Below are positions 43,875 to 57,536 of a stretch of 64,000 bases of DNA, piece by piece (the stretch's first letter is position 1; every line of letters begins with the position of its first letter). This stretch comes from Eledone cirrhosa (Eukaryota). The notes under the pieces were generated by a model. It made no database searches and was not told where the DNA came from. It was given only the letters and a program-made list of their open reading frames with translations. The position numbers and the translations under genes are program-made. Location of the stretch: positions 362,762,001-362,826,000 of the forward strand of contig OZ024740.1 of assembly GCA_964016885.1 (NCBI GenBank). Direction: 5' to 3'.

Positions 43875-45618
43875 ATGGATTTATACGAACTGGATAACCC
43901 CCTGAAGAACATTCCCACTCCCTCCAACCATGTTTACCAAAAGCTTCTCCTACAAAAAGCGGAAGATGTGGTCAGACGCTTAAGATGGCGAGCCCTAGCT
44001 TTTGACGGCAAAATTACAGGCACCCATAACACCTTCAACCTGAAATCGAGAGCCTACCCTCCTAAGGTAACTGAACTTGTTCCTTTCGAGGCGGGTCTTC
44101 TTGACTTAGTCGTTAACATTTCCTTTCGCAAACACCCTAACACCTTTCAAACTAAACTTAGAAATGATATTAAGAAATTTAGGTCTTCTAATAACACTTT
44201 CGTTCGTTCCGACAAAATTAATAATATTTACGAAGTCGACAACACCACTTTCCGCCACTTGGCCCATAACGCTATTACTTCCAGATATAAGAAAGCTAAC
44301 CCTATGGCCTACTACGACATTAATACAGAAGCCAAAGAACTTGCCGCCGCCCTTAAGGTAGACAAGAAGCTACAATCTCTAGCTAAGCGGGAGGCGTTCC
44401 TCACCCTGAAAGATCACAAGGTAGACTTTACTTCTAACCCCACATGTAGACTAATAAACCCGGCACGCACAGATATGGGACTAGTCAGTAAAGTCATACT
44501 TAGAAACATAGTTAAAACCATTAGGACCATGTCCAACCTGTTCCAATGGGAGAAGAGCGACTCCGCAATAAAGTGGTTTAACTCCTTCAAATCCAAAAAA
44601 GCGAAGTTCACACAGTTTGACATTGTTGATTTTTACCAGTCTATCTCAGAGACCCTGTTAAACAAAGCGTTGGACTTTGCTACCACTTACACTACCGTCG
44701 ATAGTTTAGACAGGAAAATCATCGCTCACTGCTGGAAAACCCTCCTCTTCAATGACGGAGTAGCCTGGGCAAAGAAGTCAACAACTTCAGACCTATTCGA
44801 TAATATCAGTACTAGAATCTCAAACCTCTCCTCTAATAAGGCTATCTTTGACAGGGCGGCACCCTACTATAACACGGCGTTAGCTAACAGCGGCTTATCG
44901 CAACCTTTTTCTTACTCTCGCACTAACAACAACAGCAATAAGAAAAGAAAGCGTAACAATAGGCAAACTATCTGGTTCTCTCCCCTTCTCACTCATCGTT
45001 AAAACCAATGTAGGCAAAACATTTCTAGCCCTCTTAGATAGACACTTTCCCATAGGTCATAAATACCGCTCCATCTTTAAGCGACACAAAGTAAAACTAG
45101 GATACTCCTGCGATAAGAACATGAAGACCCACATCACCAACAGCCCTAAGAGCAACACCCCACCAGGGTACTCTTGCCGAAAGCCCGAAGCTTGTCCCCT
45201 TCAACAGCAATGCAACGCACCCGCTGTAGTTTATGAAGCTGTGGTCACTTCCAACCGACCAAATCAACCACAGGAAGTCAAATCCTATGTGCGTATGGCG
45301 GAGGGCCGATTTAAGGAACGCTTCCTGAACCACCAGTCGACCTTTAGGTACCCGGACAGACGTTCATCCACGAAACTCGCGAGCCACGTATGGTCCCTCA
45401 AGGACTCAAATATAGAGTACTCCATTCAATGGAAAGCCATCACTAAGTCCAAGCCATACGCAAGGGGCAATCCGTCGTGTGGACTATGTATTGATGAACG
45501 AATAAATATTCTAAAGAGATTACGCAATAGTGATTGCCTAAACATGAGAAATGGATTCTTCACACGTTGTCCACACGTTTGGAAACACCTCTTACATAAC
45601 TACAAAACTCCGGATTGA
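43875..45618 (+). pseudogene. PLE RT-EN lacking RT motifs B to thumb, with a frameshift near 44990
   Basis: MDLYELDNPLKNIP, LKDHK, RLINP, QFDIVDFY, then LFD|NISTRISNLSS with no YRDD; EN part CPLQQQC..VVY..FKERFLNH..CGLC..RCPH. Confidence 0.9.
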
Positions 45619-45785
45619 TTTACAACAACATCGTAATTTTCTTATCAACTAGAAACTGTCGGACTTTCGCAATTATCTCCCTTATCCTCTCGCACGCAAT
45701 TTAGTATTGCCTGTGTGAAGTGAGCGTTTCTGTCCATGTGCGTTCGTACGGTTGTCCTTCCTGTTCCGTACAACCATGTCCATTA

Positions 45786-45823
45786 CGAGCTGAGGATCTG
45801 CTAAGGTGAAACAATTATTCTCG
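45786..45823 (+). ncRNA. Minimal hammerhead ribozyme (mirror copy 43359-43396, minus)
   Basis: CGAG-CTGAGGA-TC(T/C)GCTAAGGT-GAAA-CAATT(A/G)-TT-CTCG; each copy has different lesions. Confidence 0.65.
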
Positions 45824-45859
45824 GTATGGTGAAATAACTGTTGTGTAACAAATTCTCTT

Positions 45860-45890
<31 letters not shown>

Positions 45891-45932
45891 ATCTCTCTCT
45901 CACTCTCTACCCCCCTCTCTCTCTCTCTCTAT

Positions 45933-45986
<54 letters not shown>

Positions 45987-46058
45987 GTATTATATATATA
46001 TATATATGTATTATATATATATCATATATATATATTATATATATATATATTATATATA

Positions 46059-46170
46059 TGAGATCAAATCCCGCATGGGTTAACTTTGACTTTCATCCTT
46101 ACGGGGTCGATAAAATAAATTACCAGTAATGCACTGTTATAATTGCTGGCCTTTTGCCAAAAGTAGAAAC

Positions 46171-46175
<5 letters not shown>
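46059..46175 (+). mobile_element. 3' half of the tRNA-derived SINE
   Basis: Reverse complement of the 2652-2748 type. Confidence 0.8.
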
Positions 46176-46210
<35 letters not shown>

Positions 46211-46634
46211 ATAATAATAAATTTGAAGACTAAAATCGAAAGAGGGCTCGATAAGGATAAATGTATATCAAATATATAAGAGCCGTAGAGCAAATATTTA
46301 TAAAAATAACATTAAATTTTAAGCAAAGAATCGCTACTTTCACCCTTAACCGGATATTCTTAAATGCAGTTAAGGGTGAAAGCAGCCATTCTTTGCTTAA
46401 ACTTTAATCTGTTATTTTAATAAATATATATATATATATATATATTTATTAAAATAACAGATTAACGTTTAAGCAAAGAATCGCTGCTTTCACCCTTAAC
46501 GGGATCTTCTGAAACTAACAAAGTCAAACTGTAAACGCAGAACTGGATATTTGCTTAAACTTTAATCTGTTATTTTAATAAATATTTGCTCTACGGTTCT
46601 TATATATTTGATATATATTATATATATATATATA

Positions 46635-47061
46635 TTAGAAAGTGAGGTTTTTTTTACAAAATGAAAAATAACCGAGGTGTCCTACATGAGTGAAAGTATA
46701 AAGGAAAAGAGTTGAAATCGAAAATGCAACTGAAGTCTTATTTTTTTTAAAAATATATATATTTATTTGGTTCCTTTACCGGTTTCGCAGTTCTTCTGCT
46801 TTTCAAAAGGTGAGTTGAGATGGAGTGTCTGTGGTTTTTCTCACATCTGATGTGAGAAAAACCACAGACCCTCCATCTCAACTCACCTTTTGAAAAGCAG
46901 AAGAACTGCGAAACCGGTAAAGGAACCAAATAAATATATATATTTAAAAAAAAAATAAGACTTCAGTTGCATTTTCGATTTCATCTCTTTTTCTTTATAC
47001 TTTCACTCGTGTAGGACACCTCGGTTATTTTTCATTTTGTAAAAAAACCCTCACATTCTAA
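46635..47061. mobile_element. Repeat family D, near-perfect ~210-bp-arm hairpin
   Basis: Centre TTTTCTCACATC-T-GATGTGAGAAAA near 46848. Confidence 0.9.
46886..46923 (+). ncRNA. Variant hammerhead ribozyme with U3-A8 core (UUGAAAA); minus copies at 46773-46810, 47678-47715 and 35102-35139
   Basis: CCTT-TTGAAAA-GCAG(AAGAA)CTGC-GAAA-CCGG-TA-AAGG, followed by AATAAA. Confidence 0.75.
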
Positions 47062-47068
47062 TATATAT

Positions 47069-47164
<96 letters not shown>

Positions 47165-47190
47165 TAACAGATTAAAGTTTAAGCAAAGAT

Positions 47191-47221
<31 letters not shown>

Positions 47222-47231
47222 ATATATATAT

Positions 47232-47287
<56 letters not shown>

Positions 47288-47291
47288 ATAT

Positions 47292-47348
<57 letters not shown>

Positions 47349-47427
47349 TATATATATATAATATATTTACATATATATATAATATATATATATATAATCT
47401 TTGCTTAAACTTTCATCTGTTATTTTA

Positions 47428-47509
<82 letters not shown>

Positions 47510-47780
47510 TATATAATATATATTATATATATATATATGTTAGAAAGTGAGGTTTTTTTTACAAAATGAAAAATAACCGAGGTGTCCTACACGAGTGAAA
47601 GTATAAAGGAAAAGAGATGAAATCGAAAATGCAACTGAAGTCTTATTTTTTTTAAAAATATATATATTTATTTGGTTCCTTTACCGGTTTCGCAGTTCTT
47701 CTGCTTTTCAAAAGGTGAGTTGAGATGGAGTGTCTGTGGTTTTTCTCACTTCAGTTGCATTTTCGATTTCAGCTCTTTTT

Positions 47781-47824
<44 letters not shown>

Positions 47825-48057
47825 GGAAGAAATGAAACGAAATTCCATTTCCCACTCTTAGTACGGCTGTTACTTAAATATAAGTATGTAGACGTACATA
47901 CATATATGTATACAGACATACAGTAGTATGTATATATACATACATACATGTACACATATATATATGTACGTATGGATTCACCGAATATTTATTATAATGC
48001 TCGGTGTGTTTGTAAACAAACATCCCGTATTAAACCGTAGTGTCTAGCAACCATCGT

Positions 48058-48128
<71 letters not shown>

Positions 48129-48149
48129 TATATATATATATATATATAT

Positions 48150-48190
<41 letters not shown>

Positions 48191-48192
48191 CA

Positions 48193-48267
<75 letters not shown>

Positions 48268-48320
48268 ATATATTTATATATATACTACATATTATATATA
48301 TATGTATTATATATTATAGA

Positions 48321-48380
<60 letters not shown>

Positions 48381-48436
48381 TTACTAAAATAATATTAATT
48401 AAAAATATATATTATATATATATAATATATATATTA

Positions 48437-48935
48437 TACCCAAGGCAAGTGCTTCCTTAAAATGCTACACCTGGGCGAGAATACCACCAACGCTATCCGC
48501 AAGGCTATACGGAGAGAGGGCCTCGACATCCACCTGTCCCACTCGGGCCCCTCCCTGCGAAGATGCCTCTCCAGGAAACCCGGGAAATCTACTGACGCGT
48601 GCTCCCTCAGAGACTGCCCGATACGCAATGCGAACTGTTGCCTACGCACATACGTCGTGTATAAGATAGAATGTGACAGGTGCAACCAATACTATATAGG
48701 TAGCACAATCCGACCTTTGCACATCCGGATCAAGGAACACACTAAAACCAGGGCCTCGTCTTTCCGGAAACACATAGACAAATGCGGAAACAAAGACGGA
48801 AGGCCCATTGTCACAATTCTAGCGACTGAAAGAAACGCCGGCACGTTACGTATCAAGGAAGCGCTTTTTATTAAACGCCTTGCACCGCAAATAAACAATC
48901 GATCCAAGAGAAACGAAATGAGGTGGCTGGTTTAA
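48437..48935 (+). pseudogene. PLE 3' fragment, fourth family: linker plus GIY-YIG endonuclease; 3'UTR extends to ~49570
   Basis: CSLRDCP..CC..VVYKIECDRCNQYYIGSTIRPLHIRIKEH..LRIKEALFI..IN; degenerate HHR-like GGAT..ATCC-GAAA-TATA-TA near 49325-49355. Confidence 0.88.
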
Positions 48936-49567
48936 GTTAACAAACGATGCAGCAACACACGCACACACACACACACGAGACAACTACACACGCACACGCA
49001 CACACACACAGTAGCATTCCACCATACGAACATACTACACTGCCAATACAGAGGAACAAGGCAACAACACACACACACACTCAAGCGAGACAAAAACACA
49101 CGCACACACACACACAGTAACATTTAACAAACAGGCAGAGAATGGACTGACAGCTAGCACCACCCCACTCCCACATTCGGCCGCTGACCTCTGCTCGACC
49201 GACCCCATTTCACGCGCACGCGCGCTCTGCTGAATACCTCATATATTCAAAACAACAAACAGCGGAGTACGCGTTTCGCACCTTTCCGACAGACAACCTT
49301 TCCCTCACCCCTTAAAAAAACCCCAGTTGATGGATGTGAATCCGAAATATATAGGAACAATTAAATCTCTCCCAAGGTAACTCTCTCTCGTGTTCTTATT
49401 TTTATTTTATCCTTTATACTCTTTCCTTCATTCTCCTACACGTCTTATACACACCACGCATCTCAACGTACACCCACTTACATATCTCTCTCCACCACCG
49501 GATCTTGTTACCCGGAGATTTACCCATTTGCATTGTCGAGGCTTCCAAACGACTTAAAGATATTTAC

Positions 49568-49570
<3 letters not shown>

Positions 49571-49634
<64 letters not shown>

Positions 49635-50046
49635 ATATTATATATATATATATATATGATATATATATATCAAATATATATCATATATATATATCATATA
49701 TATATATCATATATATATATCAGATATATATCATATATACATCATATATATATATATCATATATATATCATATATATATATCATATATATATATCATATA
49801 TATCATATATATATCATATATATATATCATATATATATCATATATGTATATCATATATATATCATATATATATATCATATATATATATCATATATATATC
49901 ATATATATATATCATATATATATCATATATATATCATATATATATCATATATATATATATATCATATATATATCATATATATATATATATATATATATCA
50001 TATATATATATATATCATATATATATATATATCATATATATATATA
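49571..50046. repeat. (TA)n array with periodic ATC interruptions
   Basis: Direct reading. Confidence 0.95.
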
Positions 50047-50205
50047 CTAGCAAATGACCCCCGTCCATTGGACGGTGTCAGTTCTTGGTAGGGCTGCAAT
50101 GTTAATGGTCAATTTCCGTGTTGTATGTTTAACTTGGAGGATAATTTTACCTGATCAACTCTTTCAATAAAAAAAAAATGAGACGGTATTCAAAAAGAGC
50201 AAGTT

Positions 50206-51933
50206 TTATTTACAGATATGTGTCATTAAAATGTGAACATAGAGAAATGTATCGTTAGCCGTGTCGGTTGAACAACGTGTAATTTTTTTTATTAATAACC
50301 GAAAGACAAACAGTAAATGAGACTGGATGTCAAACCATTTTGGATTGCATGTAAAGGTGATAAAAAGATCAGGACGGCCACAATCGTGGACATAGGTCAG
50401 AGCATCCTGCATTTTTTCATGCACGTAACGGGGGCCTCCAGTGTATGATGATGGGAGAATGACAGAAAGCCCAACATCCGAAGCCTTAGCCTGATCATTT
50501 CGGTTTACTTCGTCACGTAGATTGCCGTATTCTTCTGAACGCAGTTCCTTTTGATGATGTCTTATCCATTGGAGGCGTTCAGTGTCAATCTTAGCAAATA
50601 TGTCTACACAGTATTGATTGAGGAGCATCCGTGTTCTATGCAGAATGTTGACGTCGTTTTTGCGAAACATAAGTCTAAATGCATAAAATTCCATTTGTGA
50701 AATGGTTTTCCCTGGTGTAAGATGCATTAAACTTACAGGATTACACTTTTGCAAATCAATGCAGTAGCCATCGTCGCCAAAGGGGAACAGCAATGGATAC
50801 TGGAGAGCATCATATGCGGGATGAAGTTCATTTATTTTTTGAAGATGCGAGTCCTGCCATTCAATAACAATATCACGGTTTGAAGCGCTCTGATTAGGAC
50901 GTGTTATAATCACCGCAACTTCATCGGTTTGGGGTCTATTAAAGCAACCCTGATGCTGCCCTGGTGGAGCGCGGTCATTTCGAATGACAACCTTGTATTG
51001 ATTGTTGTTAGCATCTCTACGTTGTAAAGCAGTTTTGAAAATGGTGATGTACGGGTTTATGGAATGAAGCATATATTGAAGGGGCTGCAGAAGAGAAGGT
51101 GTCGTTCCTTTAGCAACTGAAGCCCTTCGTGCAATTTCTTCAGGTCCGTTTCCCATAAAGTAGATCTGGAGAAAACTGTGTTCTTTGCCATCTTGTGGAA
51201 TAAGTGATCCTATTTGATGGTAAATTTGGCCTTGCACTTTAAATGTGGGCATATAATTCCCATCTTTTATTGGTGTATGACCAAAGCTTGTCATTTGGAA
51301 AGCCGAATTGTAGGCTCTTATATTTCTGAAAAAGTGTTTAGAATCAGGGTGGTCTCCAAGCAGCAGAGAATTCAAAGGTTCGGCACCGACTTGTAAATAA
51401 GGCAATGTAACCGTTCCATTGGAGCAACATATACCGGTAGATTCCGCTGGCCACCTCATTGCATTACAATGGACGCAAACAGTTGACATACTACCAATGA
51501 TGATATGTGGATGGGATGCGTAGTCCTCTTGGGGGTTGTATTGAAAACCTTTCTTAGACCAGTAACAGGAAGAATCCCTCGGAAAGGCATAAGTACGCAT
51601 TTTCCGTTGAGAATCAGCCGCAAGCCTTGTTGCCCTTTGGTCAACAGTCTCTAAAGCACGGCTATTGGAATTAGAAGCAGCATTGCGAGCACGCCGGAGT
51701 TCTGCTTGTTCAGCTTTCTGTAATGCTCTGATGTTCAAAGTACAGGCAGCATTGTGAGCACGCTGGAGTTCTGCTTGTTCAGTTGTTTGTAATGCTCTGG
51801 CGTTCGAGGTAGAAGCAGCATTGCGAGCACGCCGTAGCACACATTGTTCTTCTGTTTCGCTTGCGCGCAAAGAACGCAAAGCAAAAGCATTTTTTGTTTT
51901 TTTTCCAATGTTACTCTTTCTTTTTCGAGACAT
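50206..51933 (-). CDS. Truncated Helitron RepHel (N-terminal repeats, Zn-finger, start of Rep); no HUH/Tyr motifs or helicase
   Basis: CVHCNA..CCSNG, NIRAYNSAFQMTSFG, FKVQGQIYH, YDALQYPLLFPFG, LPSSYTGGPRY, PDLFITFTCNPKW, then non-homologous tail; probable ATG 51933. Confidence 0.9.
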   Translation of the reverse strand: MSRKRKSNIGKKTKNAFALRSLRASETEEQCVLRRARNAASTSNARALQTTEQAELQRAHNAACTLNIRALQKAEQAELRRARNAASNSNSRALETVDQRATRLAADSQRKMRTYAFPRDSSCYWSKKGFQYNPQEDYASHPHIIIGSMSTVCVHCNAMRWPAESTGICCSNGTVTLPYLQVGAEPLNSLLLGDHPDSKHFFRNIRAYNSAFQMTSFGHTPIKDGNYMPTFKVQGQIYHQIGSLIPQDGKEHSFLQIYFMGNGPEEIARRASVAKGTTPSLLQPLQYMLHSINPYITIFKTALQRRDANNNQYKVVIRNDRAPPGQHQGCFNRPQTDEVAVIITRPNQSASNRDIVIEWQDSHLQKINELHPAYDALQYPLLFPFGDDGYCIDLQKCNPVSLMHLTPGKTISQMEFYAFRLMFRKNDVNILHRTRMLLNQYCVDIFAKIDTERLQWIRHHQKELRSEEYGNLRDEVNRNDQAKASDVGLSVILPSSYTGGPRYVHEKMQDALTYVHDCGRPDLFITFTCNPKWFDIQSHLLFVFRLLIKKITRCSTDTANDTFLYVHILMTHICK

Positions 51934-52269
51934 TCTACTGAAAATATGTAATTGAATAAAGCTGATACAAATCAATTAAAAGAAATAAATAGTTGTGTAC
52001 AATGTGTAAATTTTTGTAATAATAAGCAAGACGAAAAAGTATATTTTATCATCTGCTTTTTCTACACGGGAATTATATATTAGATTTTCATACTTACAAA
52101 ATAATTTTGCTAATATCGTGTTTAGCAGTGTCGGTTGAGCAATGTGTAAATATTTGATTAAAAACCAAAAGACAAACAGTAAATATATTTCAACCTCTGA
52201 ATAAGTATTAAAGAAATGACGATTTTCACTTTGAAAATATGATTTATGACATCAAAACTGCTTTAGAGT

Positions 52270-52975
52270 TTAATTTTTTGAATAAAAAGTATCGTCTGTT
52301 ATTTCTTACAATTAACACATTTATACACACACATGCACACACGCACACACATACGCACGTACACACACACAAACACATACACACACAAACATACACACAT
52401 ACACACAAACACACACACATACACACACACACATACGCACACAATCCCAAGACGTGACGTTGTGGAAAAGGGAGAGTTAAGAAGTGTAATAAATAAGTTA
52501 AAATTATAAACACTGTATCGTCTGTTATTTCTTACAATTAACACATTTATACACATACACACACACATGCACACACGTACGCACGTACACACACACACAA
52601 ACACATACACACACATACACACACAAACACACACACATACACACACACATACGCACACAATCCCAAGAGGTGACGTTGTGGAAGGGGGGGAGTTGAGAAG
52701 TGTAATAAATAAGTTAAAATTATAAACTCTGTATTTATCATATTCGCGTCACACACACTCCTCTCTTTCATTATTTTACTCTCTCTCTCTCACTCCTCTC
52801 TTTCTATCTCCCTCTCACACATCCTTCTCTCTCTGGCCGTTATGGAAATTACACACACACACACACACACATGCACGCACACATACACACACAAACACAT
52901 ACAGACACATATACACACGCACATACACATACAATCCCATAACGTCGTGTTGTGGAAGGGGGAGAGTTAAGAACT
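52270..52975. repeat. Three diverged (CA)-rich subterminal repeats in the Helitron 5' region
   Basis: ACAATCCCA...GTTGTGGAA.GGG.GAGTT.AGAA at ~52441, 52657 and 52931. Confidence 0.8.
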
Positions 52976-53454
52976 GTGTAAAAGGAACGCTCTCTCTCTT
53001 TAATGGCCGTCATGGAACTTGTTAATGCAAAAGCCTATAAGATTATAAAATCGAAGTTTGTGACTTCGAAATTAACCATTATGAAATAATTTTTTCTTTA
53101 TGTTACAAACCGTAGCCTATTTTGGCTATGTGTTTAATTTGACAGAGATGGATGGAATATTTTCCAAGTGAAACTCTTTTACACACACACACAGAACGGG
53201 AATTATATATATAGATATATCATATATATATCATATATATATACATATATATATATATGATATTAAATAAATGGAAACTATATTTATAAAACCATATTTA
53301 TTTCGTTATATATATTTCAGGGATATCATATTAACAATATGTTATGCCTTCTTCAGACAAAATACAATATAAACAGTCTTATAAATAAATAGATACGACA
53401 TACCTTTCAATCACCTTGCATTTGGGATGTTGATTTGGCAGTAAAAAATATTGT

Positions 53455-53692
53455 GGACAGGTGGGACGGGTTTTATTCAGCACAGCATCTCTCCACTCGT
53501 CACGGTCCCTCGTCATCTCCACCGTGAGCTTCAATGATCTGAGGTCTGTTCTCACCACCTCCGCCCATGTTTTTCGTGGTCTACCTCTACCACGTCTTCC
53601 TTCAACTGGCAATTCCTGGCACTTCTTCACCCATCGGTCATCCTCCATGCGCATCACATGTCCATACCACCCCAGTCTCCTCTCCCGTACAC
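53455..53692 (-). pseudogene. 3' end of an RTE LINE ORF
   Basis: RERRLGWYGHVMRMEDDRWVKKC..GRRGRGRPRKTW..DRDEWR. Confidence 0.9.
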
Positions 53693-53759
53693 TACATATA
53701 TATATATATTATATATATATATTATATATATATATTATATATATATATATTATGTATAT

Positions 53760-53862
<103 letters not shown>

Positions 53863-54042
53863 CGATATTAACAAATGGAAACTATATTTATAAAACCATA
53901 TTTATTTCATTATAAATATTTCAAAGACACCAAGTTAAATTATATATATATATTATATATATATTATATATATTATATATATATATATAAAGAGTAATAT
54001 ATATATATATTACTTTTATATATATATTATATATATATATAT

Positions 54043-54075
<33 letters not shown>

Positions 54076-54112
54076 ATATATATATATTATATATATATAT
54101 ATATATAATATT

Positions 54113-54154
<42 letters not shown>

Positions 54155-54450
54155 CTCTTTATATATATACATATATAATATATATAATAAATATATAATA
54201 TATATATACTGTATATATAATATATATATGATATAATATATATATATATATGATATAGATATATGATATATATAAGATATATATATGATATATATATGAT
54301 ATATATATGATATATATGATATATATATGATATATATATATGATATATATGATATACATGATATATATATATATATGATATATATATATATTTGATATAT
54401 ATATAATATATATATATATTATATATATATATATTATATATATATATATA

Positions 54451-55860
54451 TTGTTATACTTTGGGAGGGACATGTTGCCAATAAGAAACACACGCACCAG
54501 TTGCTTTCACTTCAATTTATTATATTATATATTTATAAATTTACAAATCTACAAATTTATAAATTTCTGGTTGGTTGGTTGGTTCCACAACCAGATAGTT
54601 GTTTATATATAGTCATAGTCCTTTCGTCACACATTCTGTGACCTCTTCAGTGACTGGGGATTCCTTTCTTTGTTTCTGTGCCTTTCCTTTCTTCTGTCCT
54701 ACGCCATTTTGTTTCTGTGTGTGTGTTGTGTGCTCAGTTTGCGCATGCGCCACATCCGGGTGTCTGTGTGTGTTTGTGTTCATTTATCTATTTGTTTATT
54801 TATTTACATGTTATTGGTTGGTTGTTTGTTCTATGTGTGTGTGTGTTTTCATTTTGTCCTTAATTGTAAGTTGTGATGTTGCTGTTCCACTCATATTTTC
54901 TATTTAATTTTGGTTGTAATTCTTTTTTTTTAATGTTTATTGCCTCTGTAATTTGTCTAAACATTGCATCTTTTCTGTGTGTAGATTCTATTTTTATTTC
55001 TATGTTCTCTAATTTACCCTTGTGTTCTATCTTAGCATGTTGGTAGAGTACAGATGATTCTTTATTATCTTGAAGGTCTCGCCAGTGTTCATTTATCCGT
55101 GCCCCTATACTACGAGCTGTCTCACCTATGTACACTATATTTTTGTTTCTACATTGTCCTTCAGTACATCTTATGCTATACACTATATTTCTAGTTTTAC
55201 AGTTAATATGGGGGCTTATTTTACAGGTTATACATTTCTTATCTATACATGAGGGTCTTTGGAACGGGTATGTCTAGCTAATAAGTGTTTTTACGGAGGT
55301 ACCTGGTCTTTCTACTATCTTAATATTAAGTTTATGTTTATTTAGGGCCCTTCTAAATTTGTAGGCTAGTTCGCCTCTAGGGGTTGTATCGATGAACATT
55401 ACACTCTGGTATTTATTGCTATCATACCATGAGTTTATTCTATTGGCCTTGTTCCTAGTTCTTTCTATTCTATTCCAAAATTTGCTCCTATACAAGGGGC
55501 AGGTCCCATTTATGTCATTATTTACCATTTTTTCCCATTTGGTTCTGGCTCCTCTATACACTCTGATTCTATCTCTCGGATTGTAGCCAGAGAACTGCAT
55601 ACGGTGGATGAAGTGTTGTATGTGTCTCTCTAGTTCTTCGAGGTTGCACATGCGGGACACATTTCTCATCACCCGTACCAAATCCGCAATCAGTATGTTG
55701 ATATTGGTATGGTCCGAAATGGCCGAGTTTCGGTGGATCAGATGTTTCTTATTGGCATGCGTGTGTTTCTTATTGGCAACTAGACCCTCCCAAAGTATAA
55801 CAATATCGGTTTCAACACACGATTTCAGATAAAGAATCTTGCTAAACAAGTTCATAAACG

Positions 55861-55863
<3 letters not shown>
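54451..55863 (-). mobile_element. Second copy of the 28834-31400 PLE family: 3' fragment (ORF 54860-55745, premature stop ~55274) preceded by a tandem tail copy (55746-55863)
   Basis: Near-identical translation to 29313-30190. Confidence 0.92.
54611..54655 (-). ncRNA. Minimal type-I hammerhead ribozyme
   Basis: Same as 29044-29088. Confidence 0.8.
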
Positions 55864-55911
<48 letters not shown>

Positions 55912-55914
<3 letters not shown>

Positions 55915-57331
55915 CTCTTTTACTTTTTTACCCGTTTCAGCAATCCGGCTGAGGCCATGCTGGGGCACCGCCCTTGTTGCTACACATTTTGTCTCCAGCC
56001 TGTATAGGTTGGCCACTGGTGTAAGAGGGAGTTTGTTGCTGCTGCCCTTAGGTTTCCCTCGCGCCTTGCTGGGGGCTCATCCGGGGTCCTGGATAGCAAG
56101 GTATCGAGATATTTCTTGAAGACATCCACCTCCACGTCATGCAAATCTGTCAGATCCCTCGGCAGCTTGTTGAAGAATTGAGGGCCCTTGAATCCCAGGC
56201 TATTGCAATACATGCTCCTTATTCTAGATGTGGAAGACGGGACCTTTGGCACCACACAGTGACGTCCTGTTCGACGGTTGGTCCAGCTCCCAATGCCAAA
56301 GTTTGGTGCTAGTCCCTCCAGGATTTTCCACATGTAGATCACTGCGTATCTCTCCCGTCTTCGCTCCAAGGAGTAGAAGTTCAGTTCCTTTAGCCTCTCC
56401 CAGTAGCTTGTCTCCCTCATCTTGGCAATACTCTTGGCGTAGCTTCGCTGGATTGCCTCAAGCTCCGTGGTTAGTTTGACACTATGGGGTGATCACAACT
56501 GGGAGCAGTAGTCCAGGCGGCTTAGGACAAAAGTCCCCCACAGTGTCAACATGGTGTCTCGATCTCTTGTCCGGAAAGTCCTCAAGATCCAGCCAGCGAG
56601 TCGTCTGCATGTTGTCGCCACTTTCATGATGTGTGAAGAAAAAGATGCATCATCGCTCATATCTATGCCCAGGTCTCTTATCGATTTTGATACGGGGATA
56701 TCGGTCACTCCTGGTCCTGTGTAGTTGTGTCGTACTATATTTGTGTTTGCAGGTTTGTTTGGAAGTTTGTAGGGCTTGGTATTTGGAGGTTTGTAGGGCT
56801 TGGAATTTGCCAACATTAAACTGCTTGTTATTTTCTTCTGCCCATTTGTATATGGCATCCAGATCTTGTTGTAAAAGAGCAGCGCCAGCCGGGTTTTTGA
56901 TTGCCTGTGGTACCCTAGTGTCATCAGCATAGCTAGTGAGGGATGTTGTTTTATGTACTACAAAGGGCATGTCTGAGAGAGCCACCAAAAACAGAGGTGG
57001 TCCCAGGTCTGTCCCCTGGGGCACGCCACTTGTTATTGGTGTTTCCTTTGAGAGGGCCCCATTTGCTGCGACTGTCTGGCTTCTGTCCTTTAGGAAGTCA
57101 TGCAGCTACTCAGCTACTTTTCCAGTTATGCCAAGTCCGTGTAGTTTGTGACATATCATTCCGTGCTCGACCTTGTCAAAGGCCTTTGCAAAGTCAAAAT
57201 ATATCACGTCCACATGTGAGCTGTCTAGTAGTTGTTTCAGTGCCCAGTCGTAGTGATGTAGCAGCTGTGAAAGGAAGCTTCTTCCTGGGCGCAAGCCATG
57301 TTGCGTGCTAGTCAGGCGGTCATTTTCCTTC
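55912..57331 (-). mobile_element. 5'-truncated CR1-like LINE (frameshifted RT and 3' tail)
   Basis: QHGLRPGRS, DVIYFDFAKAFDKV, GVPQGTDLGP, SYADDT, SRLDYCSQL, YWERLKELNFYSLERRRERY; 3' end GGCGGTGCCCCAGCATGGCC..GAAAC..AAAAGAGTAA. Confidence 0.9.
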
Positions 57332-57353
57332 ATATACATATATATAATATATA

Positions 57354-57446
<93 letters not shown>

Positions 57447-57536
57447 ATATATATGTAAGAATATTTTATATATATATATATATATATGTAAGAATATTTT
57501 ATATATATATATATGTCACTTATATATATATATATA

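Larger units (their letters stand above)
43259..45850 (+). mobile_element. Hydra-like PLE, third family, internally deleted, with an inverted upstream 3' end (43333-43657 vs 45502-45848)
   Basis: ORF remnants, inverted pLTR and HHR. Confidence 0.9.
50047..53215 (-). mobile_element. Internally deleted Helitron (~3.2 kb) with both termini
   Basis: Minus strand starts TCTATATATATAATT at 53215; hairpin CCGTCCATTGGACGG at 50061-50075; terminal CTAG at 50047; inserted at A|T. Confidence 0.92.

Noticed and set aside
51650-51860. Three ~21-aa repeats in the Helitron ORF as a captured gene
   Set aside because: Charged helical repeats are usual in RepHel N-termini
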